Assembly: GCA_021432655.1 (NCBI GenBank)
Contig: MU271448.1
Coordinates: 1-63,632 of the forward strand
From: Atractiella rhizophila
Lineage: Eukaryota
DNA: 63,632 nt
Direction: 5' to 3'
Translations under genes and position numbers: made by a program
Notes under the pieces: generated by a model
What the model was told of the DNA's origin: nothing
The model's database searches: none
What the model saw: only the letters and a program-made list of their open reading frames with translations
Shown here: positions 24,938 to 37,366 of the stretch, in pieces
How the letters are laid out: every line of letters starts with the position of its first letter
How positions within the stretch are numbered: position 1 is the first letter of the stretch

Positions 24938-27898
24938 ATGGCCCATTCCACTGACACTGTCACCTACAAACTACACTTCAGGTCTTCCCCACGCCCAGCC
25001 TCAGAAACCATCACATCTTACGCGCTCGCCCTCCTATCGCCGCTCCATCGTCCCTGGCTATGGAATTCAGAGCCTTTTACTGTCGATTCCTCTTATCAGG
25101 GATCAGTGCATTTCGGGAATAACATAGAAGACGAATGGGTGGTTGTTTGGATGCTGTTTGAGATTACGAGGAAGTGGGATGCAGCGGTGGAGGTACGAGA
25201 TGAGGACGGGGAATTCTTGCTTATTGAAGCCGCGCAAGGGTTGGAAGAGTGGTGTGAGCCTGGTAACACAGAGAACAGAGTGAGTTTCTCTTTGGCGGAG
25301 GGGTGAAAGCCGAGAAATGTTGTTTTGCTCTTCAAGACAATCCCTTACGTATCCAACTTTCGTTGGTTGAAGATGTCAACCAGTGTCCTGTTTAGTTAAT
25401 TACGAAAGCAAATATTGAAGCTAAGTCAACCAGAAGGTGTTGGCGCTTCGTTAATTCAATTGTACCAGCTGTAACATAACCAGATGCTCATGAGATTGAT
25501 TGTCTACAGTCATAATCAGGCTTGATTGATTGAAGCTTTTCTGCTTTACATTTTGATCTGCCTTCTACTCTCTGAACAGTCTATCTGCTCAATAAAAATA
25601 ATGGACTAACGTGTCTGTCCTACACCTATAGAAGGTTATTAATGCTAATAAAAGCTGGTAGGTATTCATCTACTCGGGAAAGCTGCACATCGTCCCACCA
25701 ACCATTCACCCTCTCGACACACCTCTCAACGTGGAACACGCGGTTTCTCTCCTAGGGTCGTCAACACTGGCGCCACCTGCTGTTCAAGAAATACTCTCTG
25801 ACCGCCTGTCTAACTACCCTTCTAGCCTCCCTACAGCTCACCAACACCGTACACTCGCCTACCTCCCTCCCACAATCTCACACCTTCTAGCCTTGGACCC
25901 CCAGCTCATTTCTCATGCAGTTCAAGCGTTCGCTGATCGCTCGATGGGTACCAAAAGGAATTTGAATCCTCGATTTCGACCTATACAGTTCGGAGAAGAA
26001 CTGCTAACAAAAGTGGATTTAACGAGGGTTATGTTTGCTGAGCTGGTAGGAGGAGGAGATTGCTATCCTGATCGAAGGTGGCGAGAACTGGGGTGGAGTT
26101 CAGAGAGGGAGGAAGCGGACAAGAAGCGGTGGATGGAGATTGGAGTCCGGATCATCAGAGGATTTGAGGAAGCTTACGAGCGTAGTCGGAAGGGTCAGAG
26201 TCATGAGACCAACGATGACGAGTTCAAGCGTACTGTAAGAAGGCTGGAGAAAGAGGGATACTTTGAAGGCGAGCTTGAAGGCAGCAAGAGATGGAAAGAA
26301 CTTGAGGAGAGGGTGAGAGTTGGCTACAACCGACGAAGGTACCGGTTTCGCCGAACACTGAGCACCTAGAAATACTGAAAAGTTGTCAGGGAATCGCGTA
26401 AAGACAGTGAAGATCAAGACTCCTTCGCAAGCAAAGTCGACCGACTACTGTCAACGTCCGACATGCCGTCTTCCTCGATAAAACAGATTCCAACTAAGGA
26501 CGATGAAGATTCATTCGACTGGATGGAGATGTCTCCGGAGCACCTTGATCAACTGCTCTCTCGATACCAGTCGTCCACTCGGAAGGATGACGGTATGGAC
26601 GTTGACGGTAATATGCAGCAAGGTGAAGATGAGAAACTCTTACAACAAGAGGCCGAAAAGCTTGAGCGGTTTGCTAAGGAGGTTGGTGGCTTTGTTGAGG
26701 AAGGGAAAGGCGACTGGGAAGGTGCACGTTTCAAAGAGTCAGACTATTCTCTTTTTCCTATTATTGTTACTGACAAAGGAATAGAGAGGAAGAATCGGAC
26801 GAGGAAGATGAAGACGAGGAAGAAGTGAAAGGTCCAACTGCGGAAGAGTTTCGAGCCGCACAGGATAAACTCATCGAACCCCTCCCATCGTCTGAATGGG
26901 GGCGAAAACCTACACTGCCGAACAAATCATCTCCTTCTCCTCAGACAAGTCGTTCCGTTACGGAGCCTTCACAACCTCCTGTTTTGACGAAAGAGAGCTA
27001 TGATGGTGTTGTGTCAGATGATTCGGACTCGGATGACGAAGACAACATGTTTGCTGCAGATGGTGATGAGATGGAAGAGTTTTTGAGTTTCGCGAAGGAG
27101 GCACTTGGAATCGGAGAAGCGCAGTGGGAAGGCATTTTGTCCGAGCGAAGGGGAAGGGGTGCGTTTGTCCCTCCTGACCCAAAATCGCGGGCGAAGGGCA
27201 AGGATAAGGATAAGGAGAAAGTGAGAGTGAAGAAATCAGAGCTCCCGACAGACGAAGAGATGATCGCACATGTAGAGAGAACGCGTACGGAGCCGCCACC
27301 CATCGATCTCCTACCGAATCTTCCCAACGCATCGACCTCCAACAAACCGTCAGAGTCGTCCGCATTCCCCGATATCTTGCCGAAAGACCATCCTCTCTTG
27401 AATGAGCAGTCAATGAAGGTTTTGGATGCGCTGCTCAAAAACATTGAAAAGGAGGAAGGAAAGGAAATGCCCTATCACCCATCGAAGACGAAGGCGAAGG
27501 ACGTAAAGGACAAGTTTCCACCAATGGAGCAAAGAAATCAGGAGCTAGATAATTTCGAAAAGCTCATGGACGCTATGGATGCCGAGTTGGCGAAACAGAG
27601 GAAAGCATTCGAATCACGGCCTTCTAACGCTGTCAAGTCTTCGAAACATAAGTCTTCCCAAGCACCAATTGCGAAAGGCAAGCAGCGAGCGGTCGCTGAC
27701 GAAGACTCGGATGATGAAGAAGCGATGGAAGCTGAATTTGCAAACCTTGTGAAAGGGGAAGGAGAGGAATTGGATGTCGACGTCGGGATGCTGAAAAATC
27801 TGTTGGAGAGTCTAAAGAGTCAGGCTGGCGCTGCTGGTCCTGTTGGGAATCTGGCTGGTAGACTGGGAGTCGATGATTTAGCCATGGACCTTGACTAA
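24938..27898 (+). CDS. ECD: Ecdysoneless/SGT1(Ecd) family protein, ~4 exons, long first intron 25280-25661
   Basis: WLWNSEPF...FGNNIEDEWVVVWMLFEITR...DEDGEFLLIEAA...NR|VFIYSGKLHIVP, DPQLISHAVQAF, LTRVMFAEL, GYFEGELEGSKRW, and C-terminal NLLESLKSQAGAAGPVGNL. Confidence 0.9.
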
Positions 27899-28439
27899 CC
27901 TTGACTAAGTTAATAGTACTTGACCTCCCGTTGTTCTGTATAGTCGACCTTGTATGAAAAGCCATCAAAATGTCAATGCATATCGCCTCCCTTTGCAAGT
28001 CAGAATTCTCCAGTTTCCTCAGGCCTCGGCTTGACAATGGCTTAAGTAATTCGCAGGCACTTCATCTGCTTCTGGCCGGAGGAGTTGACGATCAAATCGA
28101 CGCCGCGTCATGCAACAATCTGGACCGCGACTAGTATAACGAAGCATCATCACATTATGCTCAAGTATGAGGAGCTACAGAGACCTGCAGGAAGTAGAGC
28201 TTTAATGAAAGTGAATCTCCAAAGCTGTCAGAATAGGGAGTACAACTTCAGTGCGTCATCAACTGGCCGTCTGTTGACAGAAGGAGGAAGATGAACATTA
28301 TAGGTGCCACAAAGAGTTTGACAAAATAGAGGTAGTGAAGTGTAATGAGAGGGAAGATTCGCGTCAACTGGAACTAGTTTACTGCTTCCTTTCGTCGTGC
28401 TTCGACCCACAGTCATGGCCTTCTCTGTACTCGTCCTAG

Positions 28440-29100
28440 CGTCATCAGCGAACCAATCCTCTAATCCATCCAAAAATGCCAAGCTCGAAGCACACATTGC
28501 AAACGGGCTTCGTTCAAACTGAGACACAATGTCGTTGCTCCTCTGGTTTCATATAGCAAGGCTTCAGAAATTCGCGAAAATGCAAGATGAAGTGTCCCAA
28601 CATAGGCATGTCGTGGAGATCACTGAGTTGAAATCGACGTCTCATGCCAGCTATCCCCTGCATCTTCAGACCACGGTGTGTAGAGGGCAGACAGTAGAAA
28701 CGAACGAAGTGGCAGAACATACGGAACTCGTCTTCATTCTGGAACCGGACACAGTCGGTATAAATCACCTCTCTGGGACTCCCATTCTGTTACTTTGAAA
28801 AGGAAGTTCATGAACTCCGTCTGTGGCACCACCATGAAATCAAGCCCGAGATGAAACAACCACTCACAATAGAATCCATCCCAGCGAAATTTCGTTAGCA
28901 GTTTTCTCTTTCTTTGCCCTCCATTTGTCGCCGCCATCCTGGTCCTTTTCTTCTTCCCCCTCTTCTTTGAAGTTTAGAAAGCCTAGGGAAGAATGACTGG
29001 AGAAAGGGTCGCACGCCTAGTTGGTAGAAACGACTCCGCGTCTTCGCGACAATCTTCTCTTGCTCTTTCGCCGTCCTTTGCGCCGAACCGAAGGCCATGA
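28440..29100 (-). pseudogene. Internally deleted relic paralog of the neighbouring FunK1-type kinase
   Basis: Five collinear peptide blocks match the kinase at 29467-31933 (see findings). The catalytic motifs are absent and the frames are broken. Confidence 0.75.
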
Positions 29101-29466
29101 AGCCCGTAGTGGTTTTCGAAGTGCTGCTAGACCAGCTCGTAGGTAGAATGCTGTCAGAAGTTCGAAGAGAAGGAGAGGACGCGATCGTTTGTTGTTTCCC
29201 ACTTCACGTTTGCTGAGCGCGCATGGAACAGAAGAACTGAGGAAAGTATATGAAGGCTAGCTGTACAGGCAAAGTGAGATGATGATGCTGCGGTTGGGTT
29301 AGATTTGCCAGGAACGCGGCGCTCAGGCTAGCTGCCTGATATCATCACGCCGTTCAGGGGGGTCGTTGTTGTTTCTGTCCCTTCCCCCGCGCCGCTCCCA
29401 CTTTCACTTCATCCTTCGATGATCCCAGTCCAACGAGCGCGAGCGCCGATGTCATAAAATGAGCCT

Positions 29467-31933
29467 CTAACTGCTCATTAATCCACCATTTGCCTCCGCG
29501 CGAAGCTGAAAGTAGGCCTCCACACAATTCTTCCTCACCACTTTCATCTTTTTCAGATCATCTCCCCATCGTTGGATTAGCAGCTGCAGGACGTCTATGA
29601 GAAATTTAAGCACGCAATCCTCCTCGCCTTCGAACGTTACGTCATCCATAAATTTCGTTCCAGCTTGACCCTCGAACCAATGCTTCAATCCATCCAAGAT
29701 CTTGAGGCGTGAGCATATTTTCTTAATAGGTTGCTCCTGCTTATACGACGAGCTCCGTTCGTCGTCGTCGACTTCATCTTCATCGCTATAATGGGCCATT
29801 AGAAAGTAGCGAAACAGCAAGATAAGAGGTCCCAGAATGTGAATGTTGCGAACGTCTTTGCGTCGAAACTTCGGCCTAACGCCGAATATCTCGGCGTTCT
29901 TCACTGAAGCAGCGGAAGTGCCAAAGTATCCTGCAAGGGTCTCTTCTGGTTTCCAACGTGGATCTCTGTGGAGGTGAAAATATGTGTTGAGCGTTAAGAT
30001 ATGATAGAGGGATTCGACGTCGTGAATGAGTCTGTGACAGCGTGGTTCCGTATCGACGAGTTGTGACGCCATAAAGACATAGGTTCCCTGCAGTCATTTA
30101 TAAGTTCTTCTACTATTAGGAAATCAATACTCACCACTCGACTTGTACCAAGCTTTCTCTCTAACGAGCGTTTAACGGCAAAATCGAAATCCTGCAATAT
30201 TCCTTTCACAGGTCCTCGTTCGACAGGCTGTTCTCGTTTGGACTGTTGTTTCGGTGTCGTGGGGTCCTCTGGTCCTGGAAACGTTAAAGCCACGTTACTG
30301 TCGCTGATGTCCCGATGGAGGTACCCCGCTGGTATGTCTCCCAAAGGCCTGGGTAGAGAACGACATGAGTGGGTGAGCTCAGTATAGGAACAAACAAACC
30401 ATGGAGTCCATAAATCCCTACCAGCAGCTCGTAACCATCTTGCAGGCTAGACAGAGGGCGAACGAAGGGCAGAACGAGAAGGTGTAGTCTCTGGCTCGGG
30501 TATGCTGCTTCGGATCTGTTGTCCTGCCCTGGTAACTGTTCCTTCTTCGACTGTTGCCAATCAGGAACGTTTATGGTAGTGTACTCAGGGCCTTCGGGAT
30601 GTCCACCACAAATCATTTGTTGAACATGCTTGGAACCCCTAAGCTCCTCGTAGACCGTCGACTCTACTGCTCGACCTTCGCCAATAGAAGGCCAACTAGC
30701 CTTGACGAAGTACATGGACGTCGGATCGTTCTTGTCCCATCCCAAGAAATACTTTGGATTCCTTCCCCAAAGTGACGAGCGATATCCACCAACGCGTCCA
30801 ACGATCATTGTTCTATCTTGAGAGGCACGAGGATGTTCGGGTGACAAGTGAACGGGGGGTGCAGTGTCTTCGAAACCGTCCTTTTCGTTTGATGGTTGGG
30901 AAATAATCGACGGTGATAGGATGGTCTCGGTGGTGTGACGCGATGGGGAGGATTCGGGAATCTTGACTTGCCAGGGGTCTGCCGCTGTTGGGATCTCTCG
31001 AAGCCAGCTTCGTTGATCATCCATTTCTTCTCCAAAAAGCATTTCGCCGCCGCCTTCGCATCCTCTTCTGTCGGCTTGGTGAAATTCTTGTCGATACCGC
31101 GGTCCATACCATGTAGTCCATAGCAATGGACGAACCGAGAGAACCTGAGGAACTCTGCTTTGTCCTCGAACGGAAACAGGTCGGTATAAATCAGCTCTCT
31201 AGGGCTCCAGCGGACAATTCTCGCTCCTCCATGTAAGAAAAGGATGAGATAGGATGAGGTACGGTGCTGAACCTGTGTGACGTCCAACAGGTAGTGCAGA
31301 ACGTGACCCATGGTGCGCTTGATGCCGTCGTTCCGGTTGTTGTCGCCATAAGGATCGTCGTTCTTGAACTTCGCGTCTGCGACCAATCGACAGTGATCCC
31401 AACACATTGCATCCCCCTTCTCTCTCGCCAAGCGTCTGCAGCACGTCTTTCCATCGACCCTCGTAACAGCCATGAAATCAGGTTTATTGGTCGATTTGCG
31501 GCCGTCATACTCCTTAGCATCTTCGTGTGAATGGACGTCTAAGAACTCCAATTCTGTACCCTCGAAAAGGAAGTTCATGAAAGCCGCCTACAGCAAGGCA
31601 CCCATCAGACTTCGAGCTCTGGCTTGAACAACAACTCACAATATCTGCATACATATCCTTTTCCACTCTGATCAACGGCCCTTTCTGCATCCTAGGCCAC
31701 CATTCATTCATTAATGTCTCCTCATCAAGCTCCTCGTTGTTCAGATACGCAGGGAAGAATGTCCCTAGAAAGGCCTCCGCCCCTGCGTGATAACAACGAC
31801 CTTGCGTCTCCTTTGCAGCCCACTCTCGCTCAGCTGCAGGGTTTTCAGAGGTTTCAGATAAATGTGAGCCACGGCTTGTGGGCCTGCTAGGCGTGTTGGA
31901 AGTAGAGCTACTGGGCGGCGAAATGGAAGTCAT
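29467..31933 (-). pseudogene. Fungal-type protein kinase (FunK1/Pkinase_fungal) with two apparent 1-bp frameshifts; pseudogene or assembly error
   Basis: KPDFM, WDHCRLVADAK, QHRTSSY, ARIVRWS, SSLWGR, FVKASW, GYLHRDISDSNV, GILQDFDFAV, GTYVFMA, HRLIHDVESL; three GT-AG introns. Frame breaks near 30995 and 30325. Confidence 0.75.
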
Positions 31934-32975
31934 GTTGGTTGTACAATTGTTGTTCCGTTCCTTTCCCTCGCTGGATCATAACAAGGAAGTGAACAACCTG
32001 GAACAAACAATCATCATGATGCATGACGACGCGTTGGAGCGTTGAGCGTTGGAGCTATGTGGGATCAATTCACATATCAATTCATACAATCATCAAAACG
32101 AGAAAAAGAAATGAGGACAAATCAATCATCATCCAATGTCTGGACCGTTAGTACTATAACTCAAGTATCAAGTAGTATCCGCGTATAATCATCCTGAATC
32201 GATGGGGGCTACAGAAAGAACTTGAAAGAGATGGAATGAAATGAAATGGAGAGGAGACTCGAAACGGTTTGAACGATGAACGGAACACAAGTATATTTCA
32301 ACCGACAGTGATTTGACCGGAGCCAGACGAGGGGAAAGACGAATTTTTTTTGGTTGGTTTTCGCAGATTTTGACGACTGAAAGAGAAGAAAAGGGATGGG
32401 AGAAAGGCGAAGGATTTATTCGTCGAAAGAAAATATGGCGTGGATGGACGGAAAATGGATGGGTTGGGATGGAAGAATGCTATATTGATTCAACATTGAG
32501 TCGTTAGGTTGGGGGACTTCGATAAAAAAGAGGAAAAGAATCTCAACCAAAGAGCTTGAACCAAAACCAAACTGACGAAGTAGTAATTCAGGAGAAGCTC
32601 GAACTATTTACGTTGAAAGAATAATGAAGAGAAACGGAACAAAAGAGGAATGGAGAGCGGCGAAACGACTTTGCTGAGTTGGGACTTCAAGCTAAGAGGG
32701 GAAGAGGAGGCAAGAGACAAGAGGATGGATGTTATGTATCAAGAAAGACGAAGAAGACGAAGTGGACTTTTTCGAGTTGGATTGAATTGAATGGAGGAGA
32801 GGGAGGAAGGAAATCTTTGGCAAAAGATTCAAGAAACGAAGACAAAGTCACACCATCACGACGAACGCGCTCACAAAGAAAATCCTAATATCACAATACC
32901 ACGAAACCTCGAACGTTACTTTTACGAAACCATAGTCTAATCAGACTTTTCATCTCCCTCCACCTCAACCAGACT

Positions 32976-35081
32976 TCACCAAGGAGTACCCATCATCACT
33001 CCTGAAGGGTAATGGAAGCCTCCACTCCTACCCGTCTGACTACTCTGCGCTCTCCTATGTCCATGTCCATGTCCACCATTCCTTCCCACACTCCCATTCG
33101 GATGATGATCCCTTCCCCCAATTCCTCCCGAATTAGGAGTCGTCAGCGTCCCAAGCTTCACACCACCACCAAGGACGCCAACCTTTCCCCCCGAATACTC
33201 AGTGACATCTCCGGCCGTCGACGCTGCACTATGAGGGCGGGAAGGCGTATGATTGCTCGAAGTGGCAGACGCGTTCCTACTATGTCCAGGGGTGGACGGA
33301 GTCGAAGGTTTGGCATTCGGGTCGAAAGCGCGCGGGGAGGGACTGAGGATAAAAGGCGGAGGGGCAGCTCCACCCAAAGATCCGGTGGGGGAATGTCCAT
33401 GTCTCCTCTCCTTCTTTCTCGTTCCGTTCCCGTTTCCATGAGCTCCGCCACCAGGTGACGTGTTGAGCGGCGCCAACATGGGAGGAGCCATCAAACCTCC
33501 GGTGCTCCGTTCCCTGCTCCTTTCCCTCCATCCGTCGGGGACGATGGTACTAGAGCTATGAGAAGGCTTCAGTGGGGTAGGAGCGGTCAGAGTGAGGGTG
33601 ACAGGGGCTTTGTCCTCTTTCCCCTTCAAGATGGTGGCGTTGCCGGATTTGGAGGGTGTGGAAGGGACGGATGGCGCGTTGGAGGGGAACTTGAAATTAG
33701 GTGATATCGCGTCTTGCAGCGCTCGAGACGCAGAGAAGACTGGAGCCGGAGGGGTGCATGGCCTGGAAGATATTTTCGCGTTCACCATATCTTGCACGAG
33801 AGCGAGGGAAGGCGTCGGTTCTGCCGATAAAAAACCATTAACACTCCTCCAACCCAAACTTTGTAAGTATCGAAAAGACGTACCACCGCTTTCATTGTCC
33901 TTATCCTCCACCAAGACCACAATTTCCTTCTCCTTCTCCTTTTCCGCACCCTCTGGAGCACTAACAACGCTCCATTCGCTCTCCGTGCTTCCCTCCCTTC
34001 CACCCCTCTTCCCCTCACTCGCACTCCAATCGCTTCCCACGCTCTCCGGCCTACTCGTGCTCTCAGTCGTCGTCGTATTCACGCTCGCAGCCGTACCCGT
34101 CCCCGCCAGACCGATCCCAAACGTCGAACTCGAGATCGAGGAGCTATTCGAGTGTCCGCCGTTGCCGCTCGCGTCTTGTCCGGCTATACCGGCGTCGCTG
34201 TTGGGGATGGGAGAGGAGCTGACGGCAAGAGAGGAGAGAGGAGAGATGATGGGTATGGCGTGCGCGCGGGAGGGGGAAGGGGTGAAGGTCCCGGTGCCGT
34301 GGAGGTGGACTGGGGACGGAGCAGTGAGGCCTGAAGGAATGGGGAAGAGGCCGCGGGGTAGAGTGATGGATGTGTTCGCGTTCGTATTTGTAGAGGGTAA
34401 AGGAGGCGCGATTTGGAATAAAAGATTGGGTTGTGTCGATGGAACATTGGTGTAATCTTCGACCAGGAAATCTTCCAACGGGTCCTCTTCCTCCTCCAAA
34501 TCGCCCTTGATCCCTTCTGGAGCCTTCACCAGATTCACGCTCTTCCAAACCCTGGCCCTACTCACACCCCACTGCCGTCTCAACCCGGTGCTAGTCTCTC
34601 TCCCCATCCCTTCATTCCACAACGTCCCCCAAATCTCGACGACCAAATAGTCCCTCTGGACCTTGACGCACCTCAACGACACACATCCGGGGTCGATCCA
34701 CACGGTCCAGATGGGACCATACACCTTCTCGAAGGCGACTCTGAGTGCGTCTCGTTCCTCATCCCCGTCCCTGATCCTCCGACACTGTTTGAGAGCCGCG
34801 GCGAACTTCGGGTCGACTCCCCGTCCCTTCCACTGCTTAATGGCTCGTCCGCCGGAGCCTTTCTCCGGATCTTTTTCGTCCCACGTCGGTCCGTAGACGG
34901 TGGCTAGGTACGGGATGAGGACGCTGATGAGCTCATGGAAGGGACTCGACGGCGGGAAGAGGTGGAGGGTGAGGTGGGTTTGGTAGGCTTGTAAGGCGGA
35001 GTGAAGAGTGAGGGAGTGGGGCGGGTGGAGGAGCGGGAGGGAGAGTGGCTGTGCTTGAGCGTGCGGAGGGGGAGATGCCAT
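32976..35081 (-). CDS. Hypothetical protein with N-terminal globular region and long S/P/G-rich disordered tail
   Basis: ~700-codon uninterrupted ORF with an ATG at 35081 (MASPPPHAQ...). No recognised motif. Confidence 0.7.
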   Translation of the reverse strand: MASPPPHAQAQPLSLPLLHPPHSLTLHSALQAYQTHLTLHLFPPSSPFHELISVLIPYLATVYGPTWDEKDPEKGSGGRAIKQWKGRGVDPKFAAALKQCRRIRDGDEERDALRVAFEKVYGPIWTVWIDPGCVSLRCVKVQRDYLVVEIWGTLWNEGMGRETSTGLRRQWGVSRARVWKSVNLVKAPEGIKGDLEEEEDPLEDFLVEDYTNVPSTQPNLLFQIAPPLPSTNTNANTSITLPRGLFPIPSGLTAPSPVHLHGTGTFTPSPSRAHAIPIISPLSSLAVSSSPIPNSDAGIAGQDASGNGGHSNSSSISSSTFGIGLAGTGTAASVNTTTTESTSRPESVGSDWSASEGKRGGREGSTESEWSVVSAPEGAEKEKEKEIVVLVEDKDNESGGTSFRYLQSLGWRSVNGFLSAEPTPSLALVQDMVNAKISSRPCTPPAPVFSASRALQDAISPNFKFPSNAPSVPSTPSKSGNATILKGKEDKAPVTLTLTAPTPLKPSHSSSTIVPDGWRERSRERSTGGLMAPPMLAPLNTSPGGGAHGNGNGTRKKERRHGHSPTGSLGGAAPPPFILSPSPRAFDPNAKPSTPSTPGHSRNASATSSNHTPSRPHSAASTAGDVTEYSGGKVGVLGGGVKLGTLTTPNSGGIGGRDHHPNGSVGRNGGHGHGHRRAQSSQTGRSGGFHYPSGVMMGTPW

Positions 35082-36397
35082 TACTGTTGATTCGACGGGG
35101 TAGAATAGGAAGGAATAAGAACACGGCAATAACGTGACGAATAGGGGACGCTTACTAAGTCTATGTGAAATGAATCGTTAAGTGGACTGGATGATGGGAC
35201 AGTGTAAACAAGACGCTTCGATCTTTCTACACGACATGCAACAGCCGTCAACCAACCAATGCTCTCGCCACCCGATCGCCACCCAACCAATAAGGCGAGA
35301 AAAGAAGACGGACCTAATCCCCTTTTTTCTTGGTCTGGATATTTTCAGATGAAATGAACTTGTAAAAAATAAAGTAAAAAGGCAGCAGAGAAACACGAAG
35401 ACCCTCTGAAGGGAAGTATGAGGAGGAGATGGTCGTAGGTGGAGTAATGGATTTCCGTGAACCTTGACTTGCTTGTGTGCTTGACCTTCTTCCCGCCTTC
35501 CATCCACGATTTCTCCACCAAACTCAGCTGCCGATCTTCCGTTATTATTTATTCACGATTTTATTTATGACTTTCCTAAGAAGCTGCTGAAAATCAAGTG
35601 GCTGACTGGGCAGATCTAATGTCGGGTCTCCTTCCAGCGTCCTTTCATCTCTTATGCTCATGCTCTTGCTCCGCACATGCATCTTGCATTCCTGCAAGAA
35701 CCGTATTCCAAACTGTGTCGTCACTTCAGGTTCACAATTACCACGTTCCCATTGTTTTGGCCGTCCAGCTTCATAAAGGCCATGGCTTCGTTCCTCACAG
35801 TTGGAAAACAACTTGAACAGAAGTTGGCAGCGGAATTAGCTCCACAGATGACGTGCGTTTCTTCTTGAGGATTGGAGGGACGAAGGTTGTTTGCTCCTAC
35901 ATTTGTGGCGCTCTCTGAAGCCGTTGGATCCTGGTTGGACCTTGTGCGATGGATACCTCTTCATCTGCCCTCCGAACGAGAACGGTTCTCTCTATGATGA
36001 CGCCGAACCCTGTTACTCTGAATCACAGTATACTCTGTCTTTGACAGCGACGTGAGGAGTAGATTCAAGCGACTCTTTGAGGGTGTGACGACTCTGGTTC
36101 GTCCTGTAAGGACTATTTCGACGAGAGTATGTAGCTCACTTCGTCGTGAGGCTCATGAACGAGTACTGAGTTCTCTCGTATGACGTTGCGGGATGGAACA
36201 TAACAGTTTAATTGAGGAGAGCTCCTCTACGTGTACCTTTGGTTATGTTCATGGAGCTAGTTCAGGAGCCGATAACGCGAACTGTGTTTCATAGCGTTGA
36301 GCGTGGAAAAAGATGTAAACAATCTTCAATATTCTAATATTCACTCGCAAGATGAATCCATATACACAGAACAAAAATCCCAACTAAGTACCGTAGG

Positions 36398-37366
36398 TCA
36401 TGCAAATTGGACCCTCCTCTTCTTCATCTCTTTCACTCGCCTCGACCGTCCATCTCTCGAAGGTGTATTCAACAAACTTTTCTTTGAGACCTTCTCCTTT
36501 CTAGATCGTTCTTCTCTTTTCGCTCGCTCGCTTCTCTCTTTCCGTTTCCACCCTCTCTCTGTCCTGCAATCCACATCATCAACTATCAGAATTACGCTCT
36601 CTTCCGTCTCCTCCAACTTCTCTTCATCCACAGCGACAGCACTTCCAACCTCCGTCACCTCATCCCTCTCCTTCCCCATGCAAACCGCTCCCCCCTCCGG
36701 ATCGACAGAGACGACATGTCCCCAAACCGCACTCTCACAAAGCTCCCACCACCCCTTCTCATTCTCCCTCTTCCCAAACGAACTCGGAGACCACGAGAAA
36801 TTCCACTTCGTCTCCCTCCTCACCAAATCCTTCACATGCTCCCCACACACGACCCCAAACAGACGGTCGACGGACTGAGACGCCTTAGAAGGTGGTGTCT
36901 CGGGTGTTGGATCGTCCTGTGCTGCGTGGAGGAGGAGCGGGTGGACGAAAGTCGACTTCGTTGGTGTTGAGGTTGAATTGGGTGCAAATGGACATGCTTT
37001 GGGCTCTGTGACGGGAGGAAGGTGGTAAGAAGCGACCTCCCTATAGTCCCAAGGGATATCTTCGGGTTCGGGAGAACATGTCGAACGGTACCCGACGTCG
37101 GAATCGCGGTCGTGTTGAAATGTCACTTGGTCGTACCAATCGTTCTCCTCGAGAGAAACGATTACTTCGCCCTCCGTCGATAAGGTTCCTCGCTGGAGTC
37201 GGAGGTCCAGAGAGGAAAGATGGATCGTGTCCTTGTCGCCCAAATTTTTCACGGGGGTTGTATAGGATGATGAAAAGGATTGGGACGATGAAGAAGCGGA
37301 GGAAGGAGAAGAACTCCTGGAAGAGGAATAAGAGGGGGGAGGTGAGAGAAGGCGCGTAGATAACAT
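36398..37366 (-). CDS. Hypothetical protein, Ser-rich N-terminus and basic C-terminus (KKRRVQFA)
   Basis: 322-aa ORF with an ATG start and coding-like composition. Confidence 0.6.
   Translation of the reverse strand: MLSTRLLSPPPSYSSSRSSSPSSASSSSQSFSSSYTTPVKNLGDKDTIHLSSLDLRLQRGTLSTEGEVIVSLEENDWYDQVTFQHDRDSDVGYRSTCSPEPEDIPWDYREVASYHLPPVTEPKACPFAPNSTSTPTKSTFVHPLLLHAAQDDPTPETPPSKASQSVDRLFGVVCGEHVKDLVRRETKWNFSWSPSSFGKRENEKGWWELCESAVWGHVVSVDPEGGAVCMGKERDEVTEVGSAVAVDEEKLEETEESVILIVDDVDCRTERGWKRKERSERAKREERSRKEKVSKKSLLNTPSRDGRSRRVKEMKKRRVQFA

Noticed and set aside
27888..27908. CCTTGACTAA tandem duplication across the ECD stop codon, and similar micro-duplications near 11781 and 32030
   Set aside because: Ordinary slippage duplications with no evident consequence.
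33592..34455. Long antisense ORFs here and at 51194-52090 and 52540-53307
   Set aside because: Shadow ORFs opposite real genes, explained by codon bias.
35600..36185. Possible small spliced gene on the plus strand
   Set aside because: Candidate splice sites did not give one convincing frame.
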